From positions 1 through 41,684 of the forward strand of contig CAZTRC010000006.1 of assembly GCA_964615845.1 (NCBI GenBank): a stretch of DNA of 41,684 nucleotides. Direction: 5' to 3'. A program made the translations under genes and the position numbers. Shown one piece after another: positions 26,694-33,967 of this stretch (the stretch's first letter is position 1; the number at the start of each line of letters is the position of its first letter). The stretch is from an uncultured Candidatus Saccharibacteria bacterium (GTDB lineage: Bacteria; Patescibacteriota; Minisyncoccia; Phycocordibacterales; CSBR16-119). The notes under the pieces are model-generated. The model worked only from the letters and a program-made list of their open reading frames with translations, was not told the DNA's origin and did no database searches.

Positions 26694-27233
26694 TTATTTT
26701 TTCTTTTTGGCTACTTTTGTTTTTGGCTTGTCGCTTGCAACCGCTTTTCCGACGGCTTTCTTCACTTCTTCTTTTTGTTTTGAAGCGGCATTGCCCTCGA
26801 GAACTTTCTCCACGACTTCGATCAAGCGATCAAGCTTGCCAGCGATGGCGCCGAGTTCTTTCTTCAGGCCGTCATTACTCGGAGTTGCTTGGAAAGCCGG
26901 TCGGTCGTTTGAGCGGAAACTTGGTTTGTCGCCAAAGGATTTACGCGGACCTCTAGCGCTAAAATCAGGTCTTGGCGCACCGCCCTCGCTATCTCTCTTG
27001 GCACCAAAACAATCCTTACAATAAACTGGCTTGTCGCCTGTCGGTCGAAATGGTACTTCGCATGTTTTACCGCATTCGCTGCAAGTTGCTTTGTGCATCG
27101 TTACATCGGAGTTGCCTCCACGGCCACCGCCAAAACTCTTGCCGCCAAACGAAGGTCGCCCACCGCCTCGACTGTCTCGGAATCCGCCTCCCCCGCTTCG
27201 CCCGCCACTACCACCTTTTTGATAATTTCCCAT
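26694..27233 (-). CDS. CxxC-x17-CxxC zinc-ribbon protein with an N-terminal RGG/Gly-Arg-rich region and a Lys-rich tail
   Basis: 179 aa. GGSGGRSGGGGFRDSRGGGRPSFGGKSFGGGRGG, then CSECGKTCEVPFRPTGDKPVYCKDCF (CxxC-17-CxxC). Confidence 0.8.
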   Translation of the reverse strand: MGNYQKGGSGGRSGGGGFRDSRGGGRPSFGGKSFGGGRGGNSDVTMHKATCSECGKTCEVPFRPTGDKPVYCKDCFGAKRDSEGGAPRPDFSARGPRKSFGDKPSFRSNDRPAFQATPSNDGLKKELGAIAGKLDRLIEVVEKVLEGNAASKQKEEVKKAVGKAVASDKPKTKVAKKKK

Positions 27234-27311
27234 AATTTGTTGTTAGTTTGTAATATATTGACACTCTACGCTTTTTGGGCCGAAATAGCAACCCCTCCGT
27301 CGCCCAAAACA

Positions 27312-27345
27312 AAATCCGCCCTGATACGATTTTCGGAGCGGATTT
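27312..27345 (-). terminator. Hairpin after the small basic ORF
   Basis: aaatccgc (27312-27319) pairs with gcggattt (27338-27345). The minus strand continues tgttttggg. Confidence 0.45.
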
Positions 27346-27351
27346 CGTCTT

Positions 27352-27501
27352 TTATTTTTTCCTTTTCCAATTTTTCTTCTTATTCGCTTCCTTCTTCGCG
27401 GCTCGCTCAGCGAGCATTTTCTTTTTGGCGGCGATGCGATTCTTCGATTTACGAGGATTCGCATTTTGCGGCCGAATATCTAAACTTGATCTTTTTGCCA
27501 T
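27352..27501 (-). CDS. Small, highly basic protein (49 aa), hypothetical; not in the supplied ORF track
   Basis: Hand translation gives MAKRSSLDIRPQNANPRKSKNRIAAKKKMLAERAAKKEANKKKNWKRKK*. It ends just before a hairpin. The overlapping 73-aa track ORF (27243..27464) would read through that hairpin. Confidence 0.35.
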   Translation of the reverse strand: MAKRSSLDIRPQNANPRKSKNRIAAKKKMLAERAAKKEANKKKNWKRKK

Positions 27502-27577
27502 AATGGGAATATCTTAAACTAATTTTCCAAAAGAGTACAGTTTATAATCTAAAAATTTTTATACAGAAACAGGAACA

Positions 27578-27623
27578 CCTCGGCTGGCCGAGGCGTTCTG
27601 CTCGCAAGGACGGTCCTTGCGAG
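27578..27623 (-). terminator. Tandem hairpins downstream of 27639..28058
   Basis: ctcgcaagg (27601-27609) pairs with ccttgcgag (27615-27623), and cctcgg (27578-27583) pairs with ccgagg (27588-27593). The minus strand then reads tgttcctgtttctg. Confidence 0.55.
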
Positions 27624-27638
27624 GTTGATATGCTCCTA

Positions 27639-28058
27639 CTATGCAACGCTACTTCTCCACCAAAAACCGTGAAGTACAAGACAGGCGAAAGAATTCACCA
27701 GTCCCAAAACTACTGGAACGATGGAAGGGGTGAAGGCGGGCAGATCGTAAACAAAAACCAAATAGTAGAGGGCCAAGAGAAGAATGGCGAGGAAAATTGT
27801 CGTCCATCTCAAACTTGGCTTGGTTTCTGCCCGCAAGCCATCAAACTCTGCCGTTAGCGCCACAAGATGGAGGTGGTTTATGCCCACAGAGACCGCCAGA
27901 AATCCGGAGGAAAACAAGAAATGAGAGAAGTCCCATTCGTGCTGCAAACCAATGATAAGCCAGGTTGTTGTGGCGGCAACTACAGAAAACCCAAGGCTCA
28001 GGAGGACAATGAACAAGACAAATGATGCTCCGCACAAGAAACAGAGGAGGTTCTTCAT
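27639..28058 (-). CDS. Four-TM membrane protein, hypothetical (G+C-rich orphan cassette)
   Basis: 139 aa with four hydrophobic helices. The promoter is at 28085-28113 and the leader contains AACACCCCC. Confidence 0.6.
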   Translation of the reverse strand: MKNLLCFLCGASFVLFIVLLSLGFSVVAATTTWLIIGLQHEWDFSHFLFSSGFLAVSVGINHLHLVALTAEFDGLRAETKPSLRWTTIFLAILLLALYYLVFVYDLPAFTPSIVPVVLGLVNSFACLVLHGFWWRSSVA

Positions 28059-28084
28059 GGTGGGGGTGTTAGGGGTTCGAGTGA

Positions 28085-28113
28085 AGATTACGGTAAAAAA
28101 TAATATTGGTCAA
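28085..28113 (-). promoter_or_regulatory. Promoter TTGACC-N17-TAATCT for 27639..28058
   Basis: On the minus strand: TTGACC (plus 28108-28113) and TAATCT (plus 28085-28090). Confidence 0.5.
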
Positions 28114-28118
28114 ACTGT

Positions 28119-28157
28119 ATGAAAAACGAAGGGCCCGGAACAGAAGTTCCGAGCCCT
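28119..28157 (-). terminator. Rho-independent terminator (minus strand)
   Basis: aagggcccggaac (28128-28140) pairs with gttccgagccctt (28145-28157), 13 bp with 1 mismatch. The minus strand continues cgttttt. Confidence 0.7.
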
Positions 28158-28221
28158 TATTGGCTGGCGAGCCAGAAAGCACTTTCACCAGAGAAGCACA
28201 TCCCCGCCACACCAATATTTA

Positions 28222-28252
28222 GGGGTTTGTCGCAGAGGAGCCGACAAACCCC
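28222..28252. other. Perfect 11-bp hairpin in an untranslated stretch
   Basis: ggggtttgtcg (28222-28232) pairs with cgacaaacccc (28242-28252) around a 9-nt loop. It lies in the roughly 155-nt gap between the stop at 28316 and the terminator at 28157. Confidence 0.5.
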
Positions 28253-28315
28253 ACGGACAACGATACCAGCCGAACCTGGGACGAAGAACCCTTACTGGAT
28301 CGTGCCCTAAGAAGT

Positions 28316-28516
28316 TCAGGACGATTGTTCGTCCTTCTTGTTGCGTTCCCGAAGGACACTCAACATGGTGACATCGGTCTCCAATTCGTCCGGTTGTTTG
28401 GAACCGGTGCAGGTTGCTGCGATCATCCCGTGCAACGCATGATGGGCTTCGGCGGGAGCAGGATAGGCTTGCATGAGCTTGGTGCGGATGTGGTTTTGAG
28501 CATCCATTTTGGACAT
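28316..28516 (-). CDS. Small hypothetical protein (66 aa from the ATG; GTG at 28522 is also possible)
   Basis: MSKMDAQNHIRTKLMQAYPAPAEAHHALHGMIAATCTG... looks protein-like. The competing overlapping ORFs (28185..28610 minus, 28325..28519 plus) look like out-of-frame noise. Confidence 0.4.
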   Translation of the reverse strand: MSKMDAQNHIRTKLMQAYPAPAEAHHALHGMIAATCTGSKQPDELETDVTMLSVLRERNKKDEQSS

Positions 28517-28581
28517 TAACACACCCTGCCTGGATAGTCAATAACAAAATCCCCAGACGGGGACTTTGCCATGCTTCCCTA

Positions 28582-28803
28582 TTATTGAGCTGTCGTGTCG
28601 CCCTGACCACCTATTTCGACATCGACGGCTGCATCGCCGCCCACCATGTCATTGTCGTAGTCTGCTGGATCAGAGCCTTCCAACATGATGCCTGCAGCAC
28701 CGGAATTGTCGCCATCCATCCCGTCATTAGTTGGCTTTTTGACCAAGACGATGATGATTACGATAACGACTGCGATAACAAGAAAAGTTAAAAAATTCTT
28801 CAT
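28582..28803 (-). CDS. Small membrane-anchored acidic protein, hypothetical
   Basis: 73 aa. N-terminal TM segment (FLTFLVIAVVIVIIIVLV), then an Asp/Gly-rich tail. Confidence 0.5.
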   Translation of the reverse strand: MKNFLTFLVIAVVIVIIIVLVKKPTNDGMDGDNSGAAGIMLEGSDPADYDNDMVGGDAAVDVEIGGQGDTTAQ

Positions 28804-28925
28804 TTATACAAAATTAAACTAATAAACTAAGAGTGCCGCTCATGTCACGAGAGCCAGGCACCGCTCTAGTATATCAGAGAAAATTCCGGGTCAAATTCGA
28901 GGTGTTGATTTAGAAAAAGTCCTAC

Positions 28926-28954
28926 TTGACATAATCAATATAATATGCTAGTGT
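28926..28954 (+). promoter_or_regulatory. Promoter TTGACA-N17-TAGTGT for 28983..29825
   Basis: TTGACA at 28926-28931 and TAGTGT at 28949-28954, the same -10 hexamer as at 16762-16767. The leader is aacacaaaaccaacacctgaaccgaccg. Confidence 0.55.
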
Positions 28955-28982
28955 AACACAAAACCAACACCTGAACCGACCG

Positions 28983-29825
28983 ATGAACACTTCCAAACTG
29001 AAATCCGCCTTTGAGGCGGCAATGCCCTACTTGGGTACCATCTGCATTTTCGTACTGCTCTTCATGAGCACCGGGTGCAGCGGGCCCGAGTCCAAGCCGT
29101 CCGCTCCAATCGTGATCCACGACACCGTGGAGGTGACCAAGCCGTTCAATATGTACGGTATCGGTCCCCTGTTCAAGGAAGGGCCTCTGGCATGGTGTGA
29201 TCTGCAACACTGCGACGAAGAAGATGCGCGGTGGCGCGATTGTGATGGTAAGTTCCATCCTTACATCGATTGGGTACCGACCGATGACAGATTCGGCTTT
29301 AGTCCCGCTGTCCGGGAACAGGGAACACTCTTCCATCTGGAAGATAAGTTCCGCGCCCAAGGCATCCCCGTGATCAACGAACCGCCGAGCCGCACCAAGT
29401 CCTCCAGCAAGCAAAGTAGCGCGCCGGCACAACAGCCCGCGGCCACTGAGCAAGTTGCCGAGACCACGACCAAGGTTTCCCTTCCTCCCAATGAGGATGA
29501 TGAATTCCCTTGGTGGTTGGTGTACGTACTAGGTGCGTTAGCTGTGCTTGTAGGACTCTGGCGCTGGGCCACCTCTCCACGGGAAGCGGTTGGCTCAACA
29601 CGGCCAGCGACGGACGATCACGGCACGCGTCACAATGCACCAGTTCCAGTAGTGTTCGTGAATCACCATGAGCACACCACTCCGGATGGTGCCATCACGA
29701 TCTCTGTGCCAAGTGGAGGACCTGGTGTGCTGACCGAGGAGATCGAGATCGGCACAGTAAAGGTCAAGCGCACCTATCGGGGCGCACCGAACACCGCCGC
29801 GGAGCCCGGACACACCGGGCATTAA
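28983..29825 (+). CDS. Predicted lipoprotein with an additional TM helix, hypothetical (most G+C-rich ORF in the window by eye)
   Basis: 280 aa with a lipobox-like LLFMSTGC. It has a Cys-containing ectodomain (WCDLQHCDEEDARWRDCDG), a Ser/Ala/Gln linker, a TM segment (WWLVYVLGALAVLVGLW) and a His-rich tail. Confidence 0.6.
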   Translation: MNTSKLKSAFEAAMPYLGTICIFVLLFMSTGCSGPESKPSAPIVIHDTVEVTKPFNMYGIGPLFKEGPLAWCDLQHCDEEDARWRDCDGKFHPYIDWVPTDDRFGFSPAVREQGTLFHLEDKFRAQGIPVINEPPSRTKSSSKQSSAPAQQPAATEQVAETTTKVSLPPNEDDEFPWWLVYVLGALAVLVGLWRWATSPREAVGSTRPATDDHGTRHNAPVPVVFVNHHEHTTPDGAITISVPSGGPGVLTEEIEIGTVKVKRTYRGAPNTAAEPGHTGH

Positions 29826-29852
29826 CCCCATCGCCCTACCAAGGGCATGAAG

Positions 29853-29892
29853 AAGAGGCAGGACCCACTTGGGACCTGCCTCTTTCTATTTC
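29853..29892. terminator. Hairpin terminator between 28983..29825 and trpS
   Basis: aagaggcagg (29853-29862) pairs with cctgcctctt (29875-29884), followed by tctattt. Confidence 0.7.
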
Positions 29893-29909
29893 AACTTATT
29901 TTATTGGTA

Positions 29910-30884
29910 TCAATTGCGCAAACCTGTGAGTTTCCTGACCGTCATCATCTTCTTTTCCGCGATTTTCCTGACCTTTTTCTCGCCTTTGGCTAGGATGTTG
30001 TAAACCTTTTTCGGATTGGCTTGGAGTTTGTCGTAAATTTTGCGCATCGGCGCGAAATAAGCGTAAATTTTCTCGAGGAGCATCTTTTTGGCTTCGCCGT
30101 AGCCAAGTCCGCCGTTTTCAAATCCGTTGCGCATGACCTCTCTTTCTTCAGTGGTCGCCACGAGTTTGTAAATTTTGTAAATGTTATTTTCTTCGGCGAC
30201 TTTCTTTTCTTCGGGCGCTTTCGAATCCGTCACGATGCTCATGACGGCTTTTTTGATTTCCTCATCGGTGCCAAAAAGCGGGATGACGTTGCCGTAACTC
30301 TTGGACATTTTCTGGCCATCGATACCGGGAACCGTTTCGACATCTTTGACTACGAGTTCTTTTGGTCTTTTGAAAGTTTCGCCGAAAGTGTTGTTGAACT
30401 TGTCCGCAATTTCTCGCGCCATCTCGACATGCTGGATCTGATCCTTGCCCACCGGCACAACATCGGCGTCGTACATGAGAATGTCCGCGGCCATGAGAAC
30501 TGGGTAATCAAATGTACCGACACTAATCTCGGATTTTTTGGCCTGGGCGTCTTTGAAAGCGTGGGCACGTTCAAGCCACGGCACGCTGACCAAGCAATTG
30601 AAAATCCAGGCGAGCTCGGTGTGTTCTGGTAAAGCTGATTGACGGTAGAGAGTTACATTTTTGGGATCAAGGCCAATCGCGAGATATGCGCAAACCAAAT
30701 CGAAAGAAAGTTTTTGCATTTCTTCTCTGTTGTGCACACTCGTAAGCCCATGGTAGTCGGCCAAAAATATTTGAACTTTGTATTCTTTTTGTAAGTCGGC
30801 GAATTGCTTGAGCGCACCAAAATAATTTCCGATGTGTAGTCTGCCTGTCGGTTTCGCTCCCGAAACCAGAATCTTTTTTTCCAT
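29910..30884 (-). CDS. trpS: Tryptophan--tRNA ligase
   Basis: 324 aa. SGAKPTGRLHIGNYFGAL (HIGH region), KMSKS, and a length typical of TrpRS. Confidence 0.9.
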   Translation of the reverse strand: MEKKILVSGAKPTGRLHIGNYFGALKQFADLQKEYKVQIFLADYHGLTSVHNREEMQKLSFDLVCAYLAIGLDPKNVTLYRQSALPEHTELAWIFNCLVSVPWLERAHAFKDAQAKKSEISVGTFDYPVLMAADILMYDADVVPVGKDQIQHVEMAREIADKFNNTFGETFKRPKELVVKDVETVPGIDGQKMSKSYGNVIPLFGTDEEIKKAVMSIVTDSKAPEEKKVAEENNIYKIYKLVATTEEREVMRNGFENGGLGYGEAKKMLLEKIYAYFAPMRKIYDKLQANPKKVYNILAKGEKKVRKIAEKKMMTVRKLTGLRN

Positions 30885-30890
30885 TTGATA

Positions 30891-30896
30891 ATTTTA
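30891..30896 (-). promoter_or_regulatory. -10 box TAAAAT 6 nt before the trpS ATG (leaderless arrangement)
   Basis: The minus strand reads ctgcTAAAATtatcaaATG. Confidence 0.5.
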
Positions 30897-30908
30897 GCAG
30901 ATGCTTTT

Positions 30909-30947
30909 GAAAAAACGAAAGAACCCGCTGTCAGAGACAACGGGTTC
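30909..30947 (-). terminator. Rho-independent terminator of 30966..31277
   Basis: gaacccgctg (30921-30930) pairs with caacgggttc (30938-30947) with 1 mismatch. The minus strand continues tttcgtttttt. Confidence 0.7.
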
Positions 30948-30965
30948 AAGCAAGCTCATATCGAC

Positions 30966-31277
30966 TTATAGCCGAGATGGGTCGAAGTCCTCGAAGCTGA
31001 GGAAAGTCGCGTTTTGGATGTTCTTGTTCAGAATATCCTCACAAAGCCCGCGATCATGTCCCCACACTACCCAGAAATACTTCGACTTGTTGCGTTCGAT
31101 GAGTTCGACTATTGTTCTCCATCCATCATCACGACTCGGACAACAATAGTAGCCTCCGTGGATGATGACAGTCTCCGAATCGAACAGACTGGTCGTGAGT
31201 TCGATATTCGAATCCTTGAGGCATGACTGGTCGAACCGTTCGAGGTCGAGTTCCAGAAGAAAAACTTTCTTTGCCAT
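30966..31277 (-). CDS. Hypothetical cytoplasmic protein (orphan cassette)
   Basis: 103 aa with its own promoter and terminator. No recognisable motif. Confidence 0.55.
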   Translation of the reverse strand: MAKKVFLLELDLERFDQSCLKDSNIELTTSLFDSETVIIHGGYYCCPSRDDGWRTIVELIERNKSKYFWVVWGHDRGLCEDILNKNIQNATFLSFEDFDPSRL

Positions 31278-31329
31278 CTTGTGAATGTGTTTGAGCCCTT
31301 ATGGGCGTTTTGTGCTAGTTACGAATTTC

Positions 31330-31358
31330 AATATAGCACAAACAAGGATATCTGTCAA
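31330..31358 (-). promoter_or_regulatory. Promoter TTGACA-N17-TATATT for 30966..31277
   Basis: On the minus strand: TTGACA (plus 31353-31358) and TATATT (plus 31330-31335). There is a 52-nt gap to the ATG. Confidence 0.6.
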
Positions 31359-31428
31359 GCACTTAACCTTTTCCCCATTATCCACTCTATCCCCACGAAT
31401 TTGGCAAGAAGTTCGACTTGCGCCCGCA

Positions 31429-31437
31429 TGCTAAAAT
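31429..31437 (+). promoter_or_regulatory. Extended -10 (TGcTAAAAT) 6 nt before the dnaB ATG (leaderless arrangement)
   Basis: TGCTAAAAT at 31429-31437, ccccct, then the ATG at 31444. Confidence 0.55.
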
Positions 31438-31443
31438 CCCCCT

Positions 31444-32844
31444 ATGGCTGAAAAAAATAAAATCTCTAGGATCCCTCCTCACGACCTCGATGCCGAGCAA
31501 GCAACGCTTGGTTCAATCATGCTAAACCCCTCGGCCCTAAACGAGATCGTCGACATCATCCAATTCGAATCTTTTTATTCCGAAAAACACCGGATAATTT
31601 TCAAGGCCATGATCGACCTCTTCTCCAAGAACGAGCCGATCGATCTTTTGTCTTTGTCCACCAGTCTCAAAAACCGCGGTCAACTCGAACAAATCGGCGG
31701 ACGCACATATCTCTCCGACCTCACTAGCTCAGTGCCCGCTTCGACCAACGTCAAGCACTACGCCGGCATCGTTTACAAGAAAGCTTTGATGCGCAAATTG
31801 ATTGAAGCTGGTGAGCACCTCGCGACCGTCGGCTTTACCGAAAGCGACATGGACGTCGAGACTCTCATGGACGACGCTGAGAAAAGAGTTTTCTCCATCA
31901 CTGGTGATCCGAAGGGTCAGAAATTTGTCAGCTTGAAACAAACCGTCTCCGAGGTCTGGAACGAGATCGAAAGACTCCACGAATCCAAAGGTGAACTCTC
32001 TGGCGTACCGACTGGCTTCCCTGCTCTCGACAACGTCCTCGCCGGACTCCACAAATCCGATCTCATCATCTTGGCCGCGCGTCCATCAGTCGGTAAAACC
32101 ACACTCGCCCTCGACATCGCGAGGAATGCCGCCGTCAAATACAAGATTCCAGTCGGGATATTTTCTCTCGAAATGAGCGCCAACCAATTGACCCAGCGTA
32201 TGCTCTCCGCCCAATCCCATGTCGATGCTTGGAAACTCCGCACCGGTAAGATCACGCGCGAAGAAGACTTCAACAAAATTCGCGACTCTCTCGACGAACT
32301 CTCGAAAGCGCCGATTTACATCGACGACCAAGCCGGTAACTCCATCATCAAGATGAAATCCGTAGCGCGAAGACTCAAGAGTGAATTCGGTCTTGGTCTC
32401 ATCGTCATCGATTACTTGCAGCTCATGACGACGTCGAAGAATTATGACAGCATGGTCAATCAAGTGACCGAAATTTCCCGATCCCTCAAAGGTCTCGCCC
32501 GTGAACTCGACGTCCCCGTCCTCGCGCTCTCTCAGCTTTCTCGTGCCGTTGAAAGCCGTGGCGGCAAACCGAGACTCTCTGACCTTCGCGACTCTGGTTC
32601 GATCGAGCAAGACGCCGACGTCGTCATGTTCATCCACCGAGAAGATCGCTCGGGCACCCGAACAGATACTGAGTCAACGGGTCTTGCTGAAGTCCTCATC
32701 GAAAAGCATCGAAACGGTCCGCTTGGCAAAGTTGATCTCTTCTTCGATGAGAAAAATTCTACCTTCCTCTCGATTGAAAAAGGCTCTGACTATGGTGCGC
32801 CAGCCACAAGTAGCCAAGTCGACGCCGCATTTAATGATTTCTAG
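31444..32844 (+). CDS. dnaB: Replicative DNA helicase
   Basis: 466 aa. PPHDLDAEQATLGSIMLNP, Walker A ARPSVGKTTLAL, LIVIDYLQLM and SQLSRAVE.R....P.LSDLRDSGSIEQDAD. Confidence 0.95.
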   Translation: MAEKNKISRIPPHDLDAEQATLGSIMLNPSALNEIVDIIQFESFYSEKHRIIFKAMIDLFSKNEPIDLLSLSTSLKNRGQLEQIGGRTYLSDLTSSVPASTNVKHYAGIVYKKALMRKLIEAGEHLATVGFTESDMDVETLMDDAEKRVFSITGDPKGQKFVSLKQTVSEVWNEIERLHESKGELSGVPTGFPALDNVLAGLHKSDLIILAARPSVGKTTLALDIARNAAVKYKIPVGIFSLEMSANQLTQRMLSAQSHVDAWKLRTGKITREEDFNKIRDSLDELSKAPIYIDDQAGNSIIKMKSVARRLKSEFGLGLIVIDYLQLMTTSKNYDSMVNQVTEISRSLKGLARELDVPVLALSQLSRAVESRGGKPRLSDLRDSGSIEQDADVVMFIHREDRSGTRTDTESTGLAEVLIEKHRNGPLGKVDLFFDEKNSTFLSIEKGSDYGAPATSSQVDAAFNDF

Positions 32845-32846
32845 AA

Positions 32847-33467
32847 ATGAACAACTCGATAGAAAAATTAGCCGAAATCTTCGAGAAATTCCCCGGCGTC
32901 GGTAAACGCCAGGCCAAAAGGTTTGTTTATTACCTTTTGCGTAAGAGCTCTTCATTCTCAAGCGATCTCTCGTCGGCTGTCTCGAACTTGAAGAAAAACA
33001 TTCGCATCTGTGAAGAAAGTTTCCAATATTTTTATTCCGAAGATCCAAAACAAAGACTCTCGCCGATCGCGCGGGATCCCAATCGCGACCGCTCTACCCT
33101 GCTCGTCGTCGAGAAAGATTCTGATTTGGAAAATCTAGAAGCCATGAATACTTTCAAAGGTATTTACTTTATTCTCGGAGGTTCGATTCCGGTTTTGTCC
33201 AAAACTCCGGAAGAATTCATCAGGATCAAAGAGCTTGAAAATATAATCGAGAAGAAAATCGCCGCGGGTGAACTCAAAGAAATTATTTTGGGCCTCTCTT
33301 TGAATCCGCAAGGCGAATATACTTTGGAATACTTGAAAGAAAGATTAAAAAAGTTTGAAGATACTGGTTTGAAGATTTCCATCCTCGGTCGCGGACTCTC
33401 AACCGGTACCGAACTTGAATACTCCGACAAAGAAACTTTCGAAAACGCATTCTCAAATCGGAAATGA
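32847..33467 (+). CDS. recR: Recombination protein RecR (Zn-finger cysteines absent)
   Basis: 206 aa. The HhH region is LAEIFEKFPGVGKRQAKRFVYYLL, with a Toprim-like LLVVEKDSDLENLE and a C-terminal GLSTGTELEY. It starts 3 nt after dnaB. Confidence 0.8.
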   Translation: MNNSIEKLAEIFEKFPGVGKRQAKRFVYYLLRKSSSFSSDLSSAVSNLKKNIRICEESFQYFYSEDPKQRLSPIARDPNRDRSTLLVVEKDSDLENLEAMNTFKGIYFILGGSIPVLSKTPEEFIRIKELENIIEKKIAAGELKEIILGLSLNPQGEYTLEYLKERLKKFEDTGLKISILGRGLSTGTELEYSDKETFENAFSNRK

Positions 33468-33512
33468 GAAAGAGCCCCGGTGAGGGGCCCTTTTCAATTG
33501 GTCTGTGGTCCA

Positions 33513-33863
33513 TCAGCGGAATACTCTTGGCTGATAGACTTCAGTGCTGTAGTGCGTCACTTTCCTACCGTCGGCAGTAGTAACGCCCGCTCCTTCGCTG
33601 AACTTCAAGCCTTCACAATACGGGTAATCGAACCTGTCGTCCTCCTTCCGCTTCTCCGGCGAATAGTTGGAACAATGTATAGGCTCATCTTGGCCATCTA
33701 CATACAGGTAGACCCGCAAGTCAGACCTCGGGTGGATCATTACCACGCAATTGCCTTGGTTGGCCAGATCATTCCTGATCTCTAAGTCCGTTATAGGCCT
33801 TTTCTCTTGGGCGAAGATCGTGTTCGCAGCCAAGAGGCAGAAAATCACGAAAAGCTTTCTCAT
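33513..33863 (-). CDS. Secreted hypothetical protein (G+C-rich orphan cassette)
   Basis: 116 aa with signal peptide MRKLFVIFCLLAANTIFA and 4 Cys. The leader is AACACCCCCGAA + 3 nt + ATG. Confidence 0.6.
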   Translation of the reverse strand: MRKLFVIFCLLAANTIFAQEKRPITDLEIRNDLANQGNCVVMIHPRSDLRVYLYVDGQDEPIHCSNYSPEKRKEDDRFDYPYCEGLKFSEGAGVTTADGRKVTHYSTEVYQPRVFR

Positions 33864-33886
33864 GGGTTCGGGGGTGTTTCAAAAAG

Positions 33887-33915
33887 ACAATACCATAAAG
33901 TCTCTAAAATGTAAA
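33887..33915 (-). promoter_or_regulatory. Promoter TTTACA-N17-TATTGT for 33513..33863
   Basis: On the minus strand: TTTACA (plus 33910-33915) and TATTGT (plus 33887-33892). Confidence 0.55.
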
Positions 33916-33925
33916 GGCTTTTTAA

Positions 33926-33958
33926 CTCAAGAGAAAAGGGGCCTTACGGGGCCCCTTT
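33926..33958 (-). terminator. Rho-independent terminator of 33968..34804
   Basis: aaaggggcc (33935-33943) pairs perfectly with ggccccttt (33950-33958). The minus strand continues tctcttga. Confidence 0.75.
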
Positions 33959-33967
33959 CGTGTTCTT

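Noticed and set aside
27243-27464. 73-aa track ORF (MRILVNRRIASPPKRK...).
   Set aside because: It reads through the hairpin at 27312-27345 and into the promoter region of the Zn-ribbon gene. The 49-aa ORF in another frame (27352..27501) ends neatly before the hairpin. Neither is certain.
28119-28610. Overlapping track ORFs 28119..28310(+), 28185..28610(-) and 28325..28519(+).
   Set aside because: They run across terminator and stem-loop sequences, and their translations are Pro/Arg/Gly-rich without protein-like periodicity. Only the 66-aa frame 28316..28516(-) looks plausible.
28935-29453. 172-aa ORF antisense to the lipoprotein gene 28983..29825.
   Set aside because: High GC content inflates ORF length on the opposite strand. 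The plus-strand ORF has a promoter, lipobox, TM helix and terminator, and the antisense one has none.
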